Below, piece after piece: positions 38,123 through 47,606 of a stretch of DNA of 64,000 nt. A program made the position numbers and the translations under genes. The first letter of the stretch is position 1; each line of letters begins with the position of its first letter. The stretch spans positions 78,112 through 142,111 of the forward strand of contig JAGWYT010000001.1 in the NCBI GenBank assembly GCA_018969185.1, read 5' to 3'. The notes below the pieces were generated by a model. That model saw only the letters and a program-made list of their open reading frames with translations, was not told where the DNA came from and did no database searches. The stretch comes from Rickettsiales bacterium (lineage in GTDB: Bacteria; Pseudomonadota; Alphaproteobacteria; Rickettsiales; UBA1997).

Positions 38123-38619
38123 AGTACCCATTTATCAGTTTTGTTTTAGCCATTTTTATTCTACTTTCTTTGTTTTTTTTATCTTTCTTAAAAAAACGTG
38201 AAGTTATTATGCCTGCAACTATAGAGATAGATGCAACAATGATTGAAGAGGTTTCTGAAAAAAGATCTGAAGCAAAATTTGATGATGGTTATATCAAAAA
38301 AAATGCAGAAAAAAAAGAGAAGATCCTGAAACAAGTTCAGGATGACAAGAATAATAATTCAGATTCGCAAAATAAAGTTTTAGTGAAATATGGACCTTTG
38401 CCAAAAATTCCTGATCACTTACGCGATGAGGCATTTAACAGTTTTGCCATTGCACGTTTTTATATTAATGAAGATGGTTCAGCAAGAGCTGAATTAATCA
38501 AGCCTTGTACCAATCCTGAATTAAATTATTTGCTATTGAAGAGTTTGCAAAAATGGAAATTTGCTGAATCTAATAAAGAATCAATTCAGGATATTAAGGT
38601 GAATTTTACTGTGGAATAG
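38119..38619 (+). CDS. tonB: TonB-like energy transducer (short), with a PE-A unit in the linker
   Basis: 166-aa ORF with ATGA overlap to exbD, an N-terminal TM segment, a charged linker and a C-terminal domain (ARFYINEDGSA...KWKF). Confidence 0.6.
   Translation: MKYPFISFVLAIFILLSLFFLSFLKKREVIMPATIEIDATMIEEVSEKRSEAKFDDGYIKKNAEKKEKILKQVQDDKNNNSDSQNKVLVKYGPLPKIPDHLRDEAFNSFAIARFYINEDGSARAELIKPCTNPELNYLLLKSLQKWKFAESNKESIQDIKVNFTVE
38319..38346. repeat. single PE-A unit inside tonB
   Basis: GAAGATCCTGAAACAAGTTCAGGATGAC has the same core as the units at 620-695. It is translated as KILKQVQDD. Confidence 0.7.
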
Positions 38620-39181
38620 CTCTCTTAAGGAAAAAGCCAATTACAAAAATCAGTCCTAAACAATAAATCACATTCCATCCCGCCATTGAAACGCCTAAAA
38701 ATATAAATGCAGGCTCATCACATTTAATGGCTTTAGTATTGTTGATGGCAATTTTTAATTCTTCAAGATCAGTAATTTCATTTAAATTTTGTGAGGCTGA
38801 ACAAGTTGTTGGGCCTTTGAATATCTTATTTTCAACGCCAACATGATAAGAGGCAATTCCAATATTGATGAGTAGTAATAGAGCACAAAGATAAATTGAG
38901 ATTTTTTTAAATTTTTCAGATTTAAAAAATATTAAAGTAAGTGAGGTGAGGGCAATAATTGCAAAAAATGGCTTACGCTGATAAAAGCACAAAACACAAG
39001 GCTGCATATCAAAAACATATTGTGAAATATATGCGAAGCACAGTGCTGCTATTGATGAGATGAGGAGAAATAAGTTTACTATCTTAAGAGATCCTTCGCT
39101 ACGCTCAGGATGACACCACGAACTGTCATCCTGAGCGTAGCGAAGGATCTCTTGTTGTTTTTGTTCAGACTTGCTTATCAT
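38606..39181 (-). CDS. dsbB: DsbB-family disulfide oxidoreductase with a repeat-derived N-terminal extension
   Basis: 191-aa ORF with PCVLCFYQR (DsbB CxxC) and four TM segments. Residues ~10-32 (EILRYAQDDSSWCHPERSEGSLK) are translated from PE-A at 39087-39153. The start overlaps the pgi stop. Confidence 0.7.
   Translation of the reverse strand: MISKSEQKQQEILRYAQDDSSWCHPERSEGSLKIVNLFLLISSIAALCFAYISQYVFDMQPCVLCFYQRKPFFAIIALTSLTLIFFKSEKFKKISIYLCALLLLINIGIASYHVGVENKIFKGPTTCSASQNLNEITDLEELKIAINNTKAIKCDEPAFIFLGVSMAGWNVIYCLGLIFVIGFFLKRAIPQ
39087..39153. repeat. PE-A element, two minimal inverted units
   Basis: AAGAGATCCTTCGCTACGCTCAGGATGAC ... GTCATCCTGAGCGTAGCGAAGGATCTCTT. Confidence 0.85.
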
Positions 39182-40401
39182 TTTTTATTCAAAATTTTCT
39201 TCGCTAAATCTTTTCTTAGCTCAACTGCTGGCTGGTCAAAAGGGTTAATTTTTTTGACATAAGAAATTAAAATAGTTTCTAAGAACATTTGCATCATAAG
39301 TGCGCCAAGCACTTCTTCATCTAATTTTTTAATTTCAAAAATTCGAATTGGTAATTTTTTTCTATTTAAAACTTCAATCGTAGTTTCTTGTTCAATTTTA
39401 ACTATATCACTTAATTTCTCGCCACCAAACAAGGTTTTGCAATCTTTTAAATCATTAACTAAAAAATTAGCTTGATGATCTTTTGTTGTGACGAAAGTAA
39501 AAAATTTATCTTTCGGACCTTCAAGATAAAGCTGTAATTGACTGTGTTGATCTACAGTTCCCATTGAATTTATTGGTGTTGAACCAAAGCCAGATTTTCC
39601 TAAAGATTCTGCCCATAATTGGCGATACCAATCAGTGAAATTTTTTAAATTATCAACATAAGGCATGATAACATTATTGCTAAAGCCCTGTTCATAAAGG
39701 TAAAGCTGTGTGGCACATGACTTGATTAGACAATCATCATTTAAAAAATTTTTAATAATTTTTTTTGCGCCATTTCTAATTTTTTTAATATTAATCCCGC
39801 AAAGTAGCGCTGGAAGCATTCCAACAATAGAAAAGCATGAATAGCGTCCACCAATTTCACTCGGATGATTAGAAATTTCGGCACCAATTTCTTTAGCAAT
39901 TTTAGCAATTGAATTATTTTGTGACTGCGTGATGAATAAAAATCTCTTTGCAAAATTTGTGATTTTTTTCTTCTTCAATTCATCAAGAATTATCAAGGTT
40001 TGACATATTGTTTCTATTGTCTCGCCAGATTTGCTAATAACTACAAAAAATGTATTTTTAAAATCAATTTTATTTAAAGTGGTTTTGATTGTCAGTGGGT
40101 CAATTGACTCAAGAAATTCAATTTTATTCTGATCTTTTAATGAGGTTAAAGTTTTGCCACCAAGGCTTGAACCACCTACACCAAGAATTAAAATTTTTTT
40201 ATGTGAGGAAATTTTTTTAGATAATCTTTCAAATGTTTTTAAATCACTTTCATTAAAAACAACATCAATCATTGCAAGCTTTTTGCCACTTATCTCTGCG
40301 CGTAGGTCTTTTGCAGATTTAAGACAATTATTGTAAAATCCTTTCAAAGTTTTTTCAGAAGGAATATTTTTAAAGCTTTGTAAATAGATGGTTTGTGACA
40401 T
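39178..40401 (-). CDS. pgi: glucose-6-phosphate isomerase (short type)
   Basis: 407-aa ORF with GVGGSSLG, ISKSGETIET and QHSQLQL motifs. Confidence 0.85.
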   Translation of the reverse strand: MSQTIYLQSFKNIPSEKTLKGFYNNCLKSAKDLRAEISGKKLAMIDVVFNESDLKTFERLSKKISSHKKILILGVGGSSLGGKTLTSLKDQNKIEFLESIDPLTIKTTLNKIDFKNTFFVVISKSGETIETICQTLIILDELKKKKITNFAKRFLFITQSQNNSIAKIAKEIGAEISNHPSEIGGRYSCFSIVGMLPALLCGINIKKIRNGAKKIIKNFLNDDCLIKSCATQLYLYEQGFSNNVIMPYVDNLKNFTDWYRQLWAESLGKSGFGSTPINSMGTVDQHSQLQLYLEGPKDKFFTFVTTKDHQANFLVNDLKDCKTLFGGEKLSDIVKIEQETTIEVLNRKKLPIRIFEIKKLDEEVLGALMMQMFLETILISYVKKINPFDQPAVELRKDLAKKILNKK

Positions 40402-40549
40402 TTCTGGTTCAATTTATTAAAAATCGATTTCAAGATAAGAGGCTATTTTACTAGGGATTCTTAAAAAATGAAGGACAAAACTTGTAATATTGTTTTTTAT
40501 CCTTATATTTGAACCTTCCTGTCTAATTTTGTCACATTTTTCACATTTC

Positions 40550-40624
40550 GGCTGGGTAGCAAAGTGGTAATGCAGGAGCCTGCAAAGCTCTTATGCGTCG
40601 GTTCGATTCCGACCCCGGCCTCCA
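40550..40624 (+). tRNA. tRNA-Cys (anticodon GCA), CCA encoded
   Basis: Folded by hand. Acceptor stem GGCTGGG/CCCGGCC with one G-U pair. Anticodon stem-loop GGAGC-CTGCAAA-GCTCT. T-arm GTCGG-TTCGATT-CCGAC. Discriminator T followed by CCA. Confidence 0.85.
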
Positions 40625-40644
40625 AAAATCGTCATAAATAAATT

Positions 40645-41307
40645 CTACTTTTTTCTTTTAGTGATTTGTGGTTTTCTTAAATAGAGAGCATCATTATTTG
40701 TTGTAACTTCTTCTGTGTTGCAAATTTTTTCATAAGCCAGTAACCCAACTAAATCGGCCTCAATTACATCATCTTTTTCATCAATTATAGGTTGAAAATT
40801 ATTTTTTGTTAGAAGCGGTGCGATGATTTTTTTGCCGCTACCACATAAAATAAATTCTGACTTAGGTGCGAAGCTAGAAACGTCATGAATTTTCACTAAT
40901 TGAGATTTTAAAATTTGTTTATTTTCTTTGAAAGAAGCAATAAAAAATTCATCCATTTTAGCGTCAATTGTAACAAAAATTTCTGATGATTTTTCTCTAT
41001 GTTTGAAAGCTAAAACTTCAAGTGAATCAAGTAAAATCAATGGAAGGTTAGTGGCAATTTTCAAAGTGCGGGCAACGGATAATCCAATTCTTATGCCAGT
41101 AAAACTACCGGGTCCTGAAGTTGCAGCAATATAATTCAAATCTTCATACCAGATATTGCATTTTTTTAAAACTTTCTCAATTTCAGGAATTAATAATTCA
41201 GATTGTTTACCACTTTCGTAAATAGTGTTTTTTGCTAAGACTTTAGAATCTTCAAGAATCGCAACTGACAGAGTTGAATTTGTTGTGTCAAAAGCAAGAA
41301 TCTTCAT
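40645..41307 (-). CDS. tsaB: tRNA t6A biosynthesis protein TsaB (YeaZ)
   Basis: 220-aa ORF with MKILAFDTTNSTLSVAI and GPGSFTGIRIG. Confidence 0.85.
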   Translation of the reverse strand: MKILAFDTTNSTLSVAILEDSKVLAKNTIYESGKQSELLIPEIEKVLKKCNIWYEDLNYIAATSGPGSFTGIRIGLSVARTLKIATNLPLILLDSLEVLAFKHREKSSEIFVTIDAKMDEFFIASFKENKQILKSQLVKIHDVSSFAPKSEFILCGSGKKIIAPLLTKNNFQPIIDEKDDVIEADLVGLLAYEKICNTEEVTTNNDALYLRKPQITKRKK

Positions 41308-41315
41308 TAATTTTT

Positions 41316-41885
41316 TTAATTAACTCTTTCTTTGGGACTAGGAATATCAAGTGAAAAAGTTGGAATTTTAGCATTAAAAACTTCGCCATTACTTTTTTGC
41401 ATTTGATAATTGCCAGCCATAATTCCTGAAGGGTAACGCAAGTGAACTCCACTACTATATTCAAAATAGCCATTTGGTGAGATTAATGGTTTTTCTCCTA
41501 CAACGCCTTCACCATTAACTTCTTGAACATGTCCTTTTTCGTCAATTATTCTCCAGTAACGATTTATCAATCTTAAATCTTCGTTACTTTTATTAGTAAT
41601 TTTAACGTGATATATCCAAACAAATAAATTGCCAGCAAGGCTAACTTGGCTATCAATAAATTCAGGCCAAACGCTTATTTCAACATTATTTGTGCTAAGA
41701 ACATAAGACTTTTTTTTAAATATATTATCAGAAACATTTGGTATCAGTATATCCAAAGGTTTATTTGATTTTGTGATTTTGTAAGTCATTTTTAATTTAT
41801 TTGGTTTTATAACTTCTTTAACCCGCTTTTGCAAAAAAATGCGAGATATTTTTCTTTTTTGCGACGGAGTGTATTGAACATACAT
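41316..41885 (-). CDS. apaG: ApaG-domain (DUF525) protein
   Basis: VWIYHVKITNKSNEDLRLINRYWRIIDEKGHVQEVNGEGVVGEKPLISPNGYFEYSS is the ApaG core. The true start may be the internal MTYKIT. Confidence 0.8.
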   Translation of the reverse strand: MYVQYTPSQKRKISRIFLQKRVKEVIKPNKLKMTYKITKSNKPLDILIPNVSDNIFKKKSYVLSTNNVEISVWPEFIDSQVSLAGNLFVWIYHVKITNKSNEDLRLINRYWRIIDEKGHVQEVNGEGVVGEKPLISPNGYFEYSSGVHLRYPSGIMAGNYQMQKSNGEVFNAKIPTFSLDIPSPKERVN

Positions 41886-41948
41886 GAGTAAGCAAAAAAG
41901 AAAAATAACGAAGCAGTTTGAAGCAAAAGTTAGGGTTTTTAAAGTAAG

Positions 41949-43649
41949 TTATTCCATTCTGTCAGTCATATCAACTGTGCCAATCAATCCTTTCAGATCT
42001 ATTATTCCTGATACAACTTTTTGCAAGCCATCTTCAACCATTGGTTTAAACCCTTTGCTTACCGCGTGATTAAACATCTCTTTACGGCTTGCAGACGCCA
42101 TAATCATATCATCAAGTTCACGATCAAAAGGTAATATCTCACTTATTACGATACGACCCTTATATCCACTGTTATTGCATTGGTCGCAACCAACAGCTTG
42201 ATAAAGCATTGTTACATCTTCATATTTAGTGCCAAGTAATTTTTTTTCAAATGGTTCAATAGGATGCTCTTTTTTACAATGCGTACAAAGTTTTCTTGCT
42301 AACCTCTGTGCAACCACGCCAATCAATGAACCAGACATTAGATATGATGGAACACCCATGTTGAGCAATCTTGGAATTGCGCCTAAAGCATCGTTAGTGT
42401 GCAAGCTGCTATATACTTGGTGACCAGTCATCGCTGCTTGAATCGCAGTTGTAGCTGTTTCCTTATCACGCATTTCACCAATCAGAATCACGTCTGGATC
42501 TTGACGCAAAAGTGCTTTAATACCTGATGCGAAATCGACACCTACATCAGCCTTGATATTAGATTGACGAATCATCGGAATGTGATATTCAACCGGATCT
42601 TCAAGAGTCATAATGTTTTTATCAACTGAGTTAATAAAGTTTAATACTGTATAAAGAGTTGTTGTTTTACCTGAACCAGTAGGACCAGTTAAAATAATTA
42701 CACCTTCAGGGCGTTTAACCATTCTTTTTATGGTATTGATACCGTCTTCATTAAATCCTAGTTTTTCTAATGAGAGAATTGATTGCTTTTCGTCAAGAAT
42801 ACGCATAACAATATTCTCACCACTAATTGTTGGCTGAGTTGATACACGAAAATCAATCTTTCTTCCTAAGATTTCTGAGCTTATGTGACCATCTTGAGGC
42901 TTTCTATTTTCAGCAATATTCATACCAGACATGATTTTAAGACGTACTGCAATTGCCGACCAATAATCTCTGTGAATTGAACGAATTTGCACCATCTTTC
43001 CATCAATACGGTAACGAATACGTAAGAAAAGTGCTTCTGGTTCAAAGTGCAAGTCTGAAGCGGTGCGGTGCACAGCGTCTGTTAAAATTGCGTCCACTAA
43101 ACGCACCATCGGGCTTCGATAATCGCCACGTAAATGAGCTTCGTCGTTAATGGTTTTGTCATTACCACTATTTTCAATTTCTTTCAAAATACCTTCAATT
43201 GACATTTCATAGTCATAATATTGATCTATGGCATGTAAAATATCAGTTTCAGGAATGTAAACTGGAACAATTTTGAAATTAGGTGGAAAACATCTTTTAA
43301 CTTGGTCAAGCGCAACAATGTCGAATATATCTGACATGCCGATTGTAACCACGTTATTATTGCAGGAAAGCGCAATAAGTTTATTGTGAATAGCAAAATC
43401 TTTAGAGATTTTTTTTACTAATCTTGCGTCAATGATTGAAGATTTAATATCGAATTTTTTGATTTCAGAAGATTCATTTAAGATTTCTCCTAAAGCACCT
43501 TCAGAAACAAATCCTAGATCAACCAAAATTGCACCAATAGTTTTGGTGCCTTTCAGTCTTTCTTGTTCTTTTGTCGCAATTACTAATTGGTCATCAGAGA
43601 TAACTTTTTTCTCTAATAACCTTGCTCCAATGTCCATGTTTGATACCAT
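41949..43649 (-). CDS. pilB: GspE/PilB-family secretion/pilus assembly ATPase
   Basis: 566-aa ORF with Walker A GPTGSGKTTTL, LRQDPDVILIGEMRD and the tetracysteine CTHC...CDQC. No pilC/pilM-Q or gsp partners are in the window. Confidence 0.85.
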   Translation of the reverse strand: MVSNMDIGARLLEKKVISDDQLVIATKEQERLKGTKTIGAILVDLGFVSEGALGEILNESSEIKKFDIKSSIIDARLVKKISKDFAIHNKLIALSCNNNVVTIGMSDIFDIVALDQVKRCFPPNFKIVPVYIPETDILHAIDQYYDYEMSIEGILKEIENSGNDKTINDEAHLRGDYRSPMVRLVDAILTDAVHRTASDLHFEPEALFLRIRYRIDGKMVQIRSIHRDYWSAIAVRLKIMSGMNIAENRKPQDGHISSEILGRKIDFRVSTQPTISGENIVMRILDEKQSILSLEKLGFNEDGINTIKRMVKRPEGVIILTGPTGSGKTTTLYTVLNFINSVDKNIMTLEDPVEYHIPMIRQSNIKADVGVDFASGIKALLRQDPDVILIGEMRDKETATTAIQAAMTGHQVYSSLHTNDALGAIPRLLNMGVPSYLMSGSLIGVVAQRLARKLCTHCKKEHPIEPFEKKLLGTKYEDVTMLYQAVGCDQCNNSGYKGRIVISEILPFDRELDDMIMASASRKEMFNHAVSKGFKPMVEDGLQKVVSGIIDLKGLIGTVDMTDRME

Positions 43650-43758
43650 CTTGATTACTTAAAGATTTTTATTATTGTTCAGTAATTATATCTTTTTATA
43701 TCTTGTGATTAGGTTCCTTATTGTCAAGAATACAATAATTTAAATTTCCAAAAAAGTC

Positions 43759-45165
43759 ATGAATAAGTCAAATGTAATAACCAGATTCGCTCCATCTCCA
43801 ACAGGATATTTGCATATTGGTGGCGCAAGAACAGCTTTATTTAATTATCTCTTTTCAAGACACCATGGTGGAAAATTTTTACTTAGAATTGAAGATACCG
43901 ATGAAAAAAGATCAACTGTTGAAGCGGTTGATGCAATTCTTCAAGGTCTTGATTGGCTTGGCCTTGCGCATGATGGTGATTTTGTTTTGCAATCAAGAAA
44001 TTTAGCAAGACACAAAGAAGTGGCGGAAAAATTATTGGAAATGGGAAAGGCTTATTTATGTTATACGTCATCAGAAGAATTAGAAGAAATGCGAAAAAAT
44101 GCTGAAGCAAAAAAAGAAGTTTTTCGTTTCAGAAGTCCGTGGCGTGATAAAATAAATTCACAAAGCTCAACTGTAAAACCAGTCATTAGAATCAAAGCTC
44201 CTTTGATGGGAGAAATGATGATTAAAGATTTAGTGCAAGGTGAAATTAAAGTAAAAAATTCTGAGCTTGATGATTTAGTGATGCTACGCTCTGATGGCAC
44301 GCCAACTTACATGATGGCAGTTGTGGTTGATGATCATGACATGGAAATCACTCATATTATTCGTGGTGATGATCATTTAACAAATGCCTTTAGACAAAAA
44401 GTTATTTATGAAGCGATGAATTGGAATGTTCCTGAATTTGCACATATTCCTCTTATTCACGGCCCTGATGGAGCAAAAATGTCAAAAAGACATGGTGCAA
44501 CTTCTGTAATTGAATATAAGGAAATGGGATATTTACCTGAATCAATGCGAAATTATTTATTACGTTTAGGTTGGTCTCATGGTGACGCGGAAATTATTTC
44601 TGACGAAGAAGCAATAAAATGGTTTAGTTTAGATAAGGTTGGTAAATCACCTTCACGTTTTGATTTTGCTAAGTTAAAATCAGTTAACAAACATTATATA
44701 AAAGAAAAAAGTGAAGAAGAATTATTGAATTTGGTTGAAGAATTCCTTGAAAAGAAACCTTCTCAAAATGAGAAAATAAGAATTTTAAAAGCATTAAAAT
44801 TTGTTAAAGAAAGAGCAGAAGTTTTGAATGATTTGGCACAAAGTCTTGATGTTTATTTTGATGGTTTGAAAGCTGATTTTGATGAAAATTCAAAAAAATT
44901 AATTGCTGAAAAAAAATTATTATTAATTGATTTAGGAAAAGTTTTTGCTGATTTAAATGATTGGTCTCATGATGGAATAAAAAATTCTTTGAATGAATTT
45001 GCAACTGCTAAAGCCTTGAAAATCAAGGATTTTGGACCATTACTTAGAATTGTTCTAACATTTTCTTCATCTTCTGCTGGTGGAATTTTTGATGTGGTGG
45101 AAATTTTAGGTAAAGAAGAAGTTTTAAGTAGAATTGAGTGGGCAACATCGTCATTGCGGAGCTAG
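43759..45165 (+). CDS. gltX: glutamyl-tRNA synthetase
   Basis: 468-aa ORF with RFAPSPTGYLHIGGAR (HIGH) and KMSKR. The last codons (SSLRS) and the TAG stop come from PE-B copy 3. Confidence 0.9.
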   Translation: MNKSNVITRFAPSPTGYLHIGGARTALFNYLFSRHHGGKFLLRIEDTDEKRSTVEAVDAILQGLDWLGLAHDGDFVLQSRNLARHKEVAEKLLEMGKAYLCYTSSEELEEMRKNAEAKKEVFRFRSPWRDKINSQSSTVKPVIRIKAPLMGEMMIKDLVQGEIKVKNSELDDLVMLRSDGTPTYMMAVVVDDHDMEITHIIRGDDHLTNAFRQKVIYEAMNWNVPEFAHIPLIHGPDGAKMSKRHGATSVIEYKEMGYLPESMRNYLLRLGWSHGDAEIISDEEAIKWFSLDKVGKSPSRFDFAKLKSVNKHYIKEKSEEELLNLVEEFLEKKPSQNEKIRILKALKFVKERAEVLNDLAQSLDVYFDGLKADFDENSKKLIAEKKLLLIDLGKVFADLNDWSHDGIKNSLNEFATAKALKIKDFGPLLRIVLTFSSSSAGGIFDVVEILGKEEVLSRIEWATSSLRS

Positions 45166-45286
45166 AATTTCTTAGAAGCACGTTAGTGATTTTTAGAAAT
45201 TTTTCATCCGCAATCTACTATAGATACAGGATCTACAGTTTCTAAGCCAGCAAAGCTGACTAAGAAGCTGTTTGTCCGGCATGACG
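45149..45286. repeat. PE-B composite palindromic element, copy 3 (forward)
   Basis: CGTCATTGCGGAGCTAGAATTTCTTAGAA...TCATCCGCAATC...GGATCTACAGTTTCTAAGCCAGCAAAGCTGACTAAGAA..TGTCCGGCATGACG. Confidence 0.85.
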
Positions 45287-45425
45287 TAATTCAACACAAT
45301 GTCTTTAATAAATTAATTTGTTAATTGATTTTATTTTTAGAAAAAGTTATAAGCTTTAACAAGATGTTACTTTAGCTTTTCAGGGAGCCCCCGCCGTTAG
45401 TTCACTAGTTTTTAACTTCATCATT

Positions 45426-46040
45426 ATGAAAATTCTTTCGTCTGCCTTATTTTGCGCGTTTTTATTTTTTAGCTTCAATGCCAATGCTAAAATTTGGGGA
45501 AGAGATTTTAATGTAAAATCTTTTGCCACCATTGAATATCAAGCTCCTTCGCTTAGTGGCGCTGGAGATAATGCTGATTTCAAAACTAATAATTTTGGTA
45601 AACAATTAAGCAATTTTGAAAATATTGCAATTGGTGGTCATTTTAGAATTAATGAGCGTTTTGGTGTTAATATTAACTTTGTGCAAACCTCATTAAATCA
45701 TTATGCTTTGCAAGGCGTTTCTTTGTCGCAGAAAGCTAGATTCTCTTTAGACCAATACAATATGTCTGCTTTGTTTTTTAAACCGATTCAAAGAAATTTG
45801 TTTGAAGTTTTTGGCGAAGCGGGAGTCTCTAATATGAATAGTAAGTTGAAATATGTTTCTACTGAAGCTCATAAGGATAAATCTCGTGAAACAATGGTTT
45901 TTGTTGGCGCTGGTATGCAAATCACACCATTTAGATCGAATGACGCAATTAGATTTTCAGTACAAAGATATTTGGGAAAGCTTGATTTGCTTAATACTAA
46001 TTACACAACTGTTCGAGTTGGTTTTATAAAATCTTTTTAA
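45426..46040 (+). CDS. small outer-membrane beta-barrel protein
   Basis: 204-aa ORF with a signal peptide (...FNANA|K), alternating beta-strand pattern and a C-terminal ...VRVGFIKSF. Confidence 0.5.
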   Translation: MKILSSALFCAFLFFSFNANAKIWGRDFNVKSFATIEYQAPSLSGAGDNADFKTNNFGKQLSNFENIAIGGHFRINERFGVNINFVQTSLNHYALQGVSLSQKARFSLDQYNMSALFFKPIQRNLFEVFGEAGVSNMNSKLKYVSTEAHKDKSRETMVFVGAGMQITPFRSNDAIRFSVQRYLGKLDLLNTNYTTVRVGFIKSF

Positions 46041-46049
46041 TTTTTAACT

Positions 46050-47207
46050 ATGTCGAAGAAATATTTATTCACTTCTGAATCAGTTTCTGAAGGTCATCCG
46101 GATAAAATTTGTGATCAAATTTCGGATAGTTTAGTTGATACTTATTTAAAAAAAGATCCTTTTGCGCGTTTAGCAATAGAAACCTTTGCCACTACTAATA
46201 CAGTAATTATTGGTGGTGAAATTCGTGCACCAGAAATTTCTAAAAATGAAGTTGAAGAAATTATTCGTAATACAGTTAAAGAAATTGGTTATGAGCAAGA
46301 TGGTTTTCATTGGCAGAATCTTAAAATTACTAACTTAATTCATGAACAATCTGCTGATATTGCAGTTGGTGTGGACGCTTCTGCTAATAAGGATGAAGGT
46401 GCAGGAGATCAAGGAATTATGTTTGGTTATGCATGTAAGGAAACTGAGGCTTTAATGCCAGCGGCAATTTATTATGCACATCGTATTTTGCATAATATCA
46501 TGGACGCAATTAGGTCTGGTAAGCTCAAAGATCTTGGTCCAGATGCTAAAAGTCAAGTAACTTTATGTTATGAAGATAGAATTCCAGTTAAAGCTGAAAC
46601 TGTTTTAGTTTCAATTCAACATAAGGAAGGCATGACACAAAAGCAGGTTAAAGATTTGATAAGACCTTTTGTTGAAGCAACATTGCCTAAGGGTTGGATG
46701 TGCAAAGATGAAAATTTCTTAGTTAATCCAACTGGAAAATTTGTAATTGGTGGACCTGATGGTGATGCTGGTTTGACTGGAAGAAAAATTATTGTCGATA
46801 CCTACGGTGGTGCTGCACCTCATGGTGGTGGTGCGTTTTCTGGAAAAGATCCAACTAAGGTTGACCGTTCAGCAGCTTATATGGCGCGCTATTTGGCGAA
46901 GAATGTTGTGGCAGCAAATTTGGCTGATCGTTGCACAATTCAAATTGCTTATGCAATTGGTATTTCTAGACCTTTAGCACTTTATGTTAATACTCATAAC
47001 ACTGGTGCAAAAGGGGAATTATTAGTGAAAGCAATTAATGAATTAGTTGATTTAAGTCCACGTGGAATTAGAAATCATTTGCAATTAAATCGTCCAATTT
47101 ATAAGCGTACTGCAACTTACGGCCACTTTGGACGTGATGTTGAAGCTGACGGCGGATTTTCTTGGGAAAAAACTGATTTAGCAGAAAAACTAAAAAAATT
47201 TGTTTAA
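46050..47207 (+). CDS. metK: S-adenosylmethionine synthetase
   Basis: 385-aa ORF with [32 protein letters not shown] and [16 protein letters not shown]. Confidence 0.95.
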   Translation: MSKKYLFTSESVSEGHPDKICDQISDSLVDTYLKKDPFARLAIETFATTNTVIIGGEIRAPEISKNEVEEIIRNTVKEIGYEQDGFHWQNLKITNLIHEQSADIAVGVDASANKDEGAGDQGIMFGYACKETEALMPAAIYYAHRILHNIMDAIRSGKLKDLGPDAKSQVTLCYEDRIPVKAETVLVSIQHKEGMTQKQVKDLIRPFVEATLPKGWMCKDENFLVNPTGKFVIGGPDGDAGLTGRKIIVDTYGGAAPHGGGAFSGKDPTKVDRSAAYMARYLAKNVVAANLADRCTIQIAYAIGISRPLALYVNTHNTGAKGELLVKAINELVDLSPRGIRNHLQLNRPIYKRTATYGHFGRDVEADGGFSWEKTDLAEKLKKFV

Positions 47208-47209
47208 TA

Positions 47210-47605
47210 ATGAATATTTTACTAATCGCAATTGGTGGCGCTCTTGGTTCAGTGACGCGTTATTTATTTTCGGATTTCTTTTTGCGGTTAGTAAAATCAG
47301 GACAAATTTCTGCAGTCTTTCCTTATGGAACTTTTTTTGTAAATGTTTTTGGCTCTTTGCTTGCAGGTGTTATTTATTATTTTGTAATAAAAAATTTTGA
47401 TGCTTTTGATCCTCGTTTGAAGAATTTTTTAATTGTTGGTTTTCTTGGTGGTTTCACAACTTTCTCCGCTTTTTCACTTGATTTTTTTCGTTTAGTAATT
47501 GCAGGGCATCACTTGCAAGCCTTCATTTACGCGGTTTCATCGCTAGTATTAGCAATTTGTGCGGTGTTTTTTGGTTTTTATTTCATGAAAGTTATTTTCT
47601 CATAA
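47210..47605 (+). CDS. crcB: fluoride channel CrcB/FluC
   Basis: 131-aa ORF with four TM segments, GGALGSVTRY and GFLGGFTTFSAF. Confidence 0.85.
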   Translation: MNILLIAIGGALGSVTRYLFSDFFLRLVKSGQISAVFPYGTFFVNVFGSLLAGVIYYFVIKNFDAFDPRLKNFLIVGFLGGFTTFSAFSLDFFRLVIAGHHLQAFIYAVSSLVLAICAVFFGFYFMKVIFS

Positions 47606-47606
47606 G

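Noticed and set aside
40402-40660. tRNA-Cys as an integration hotspot, with a genomic island alongside.
   Set aside because: Both flanks are housekeeping genes (pgi and tsaB). There is no integrase, no direct repeat of the tRNA 3' end and no foreign-looking genes.
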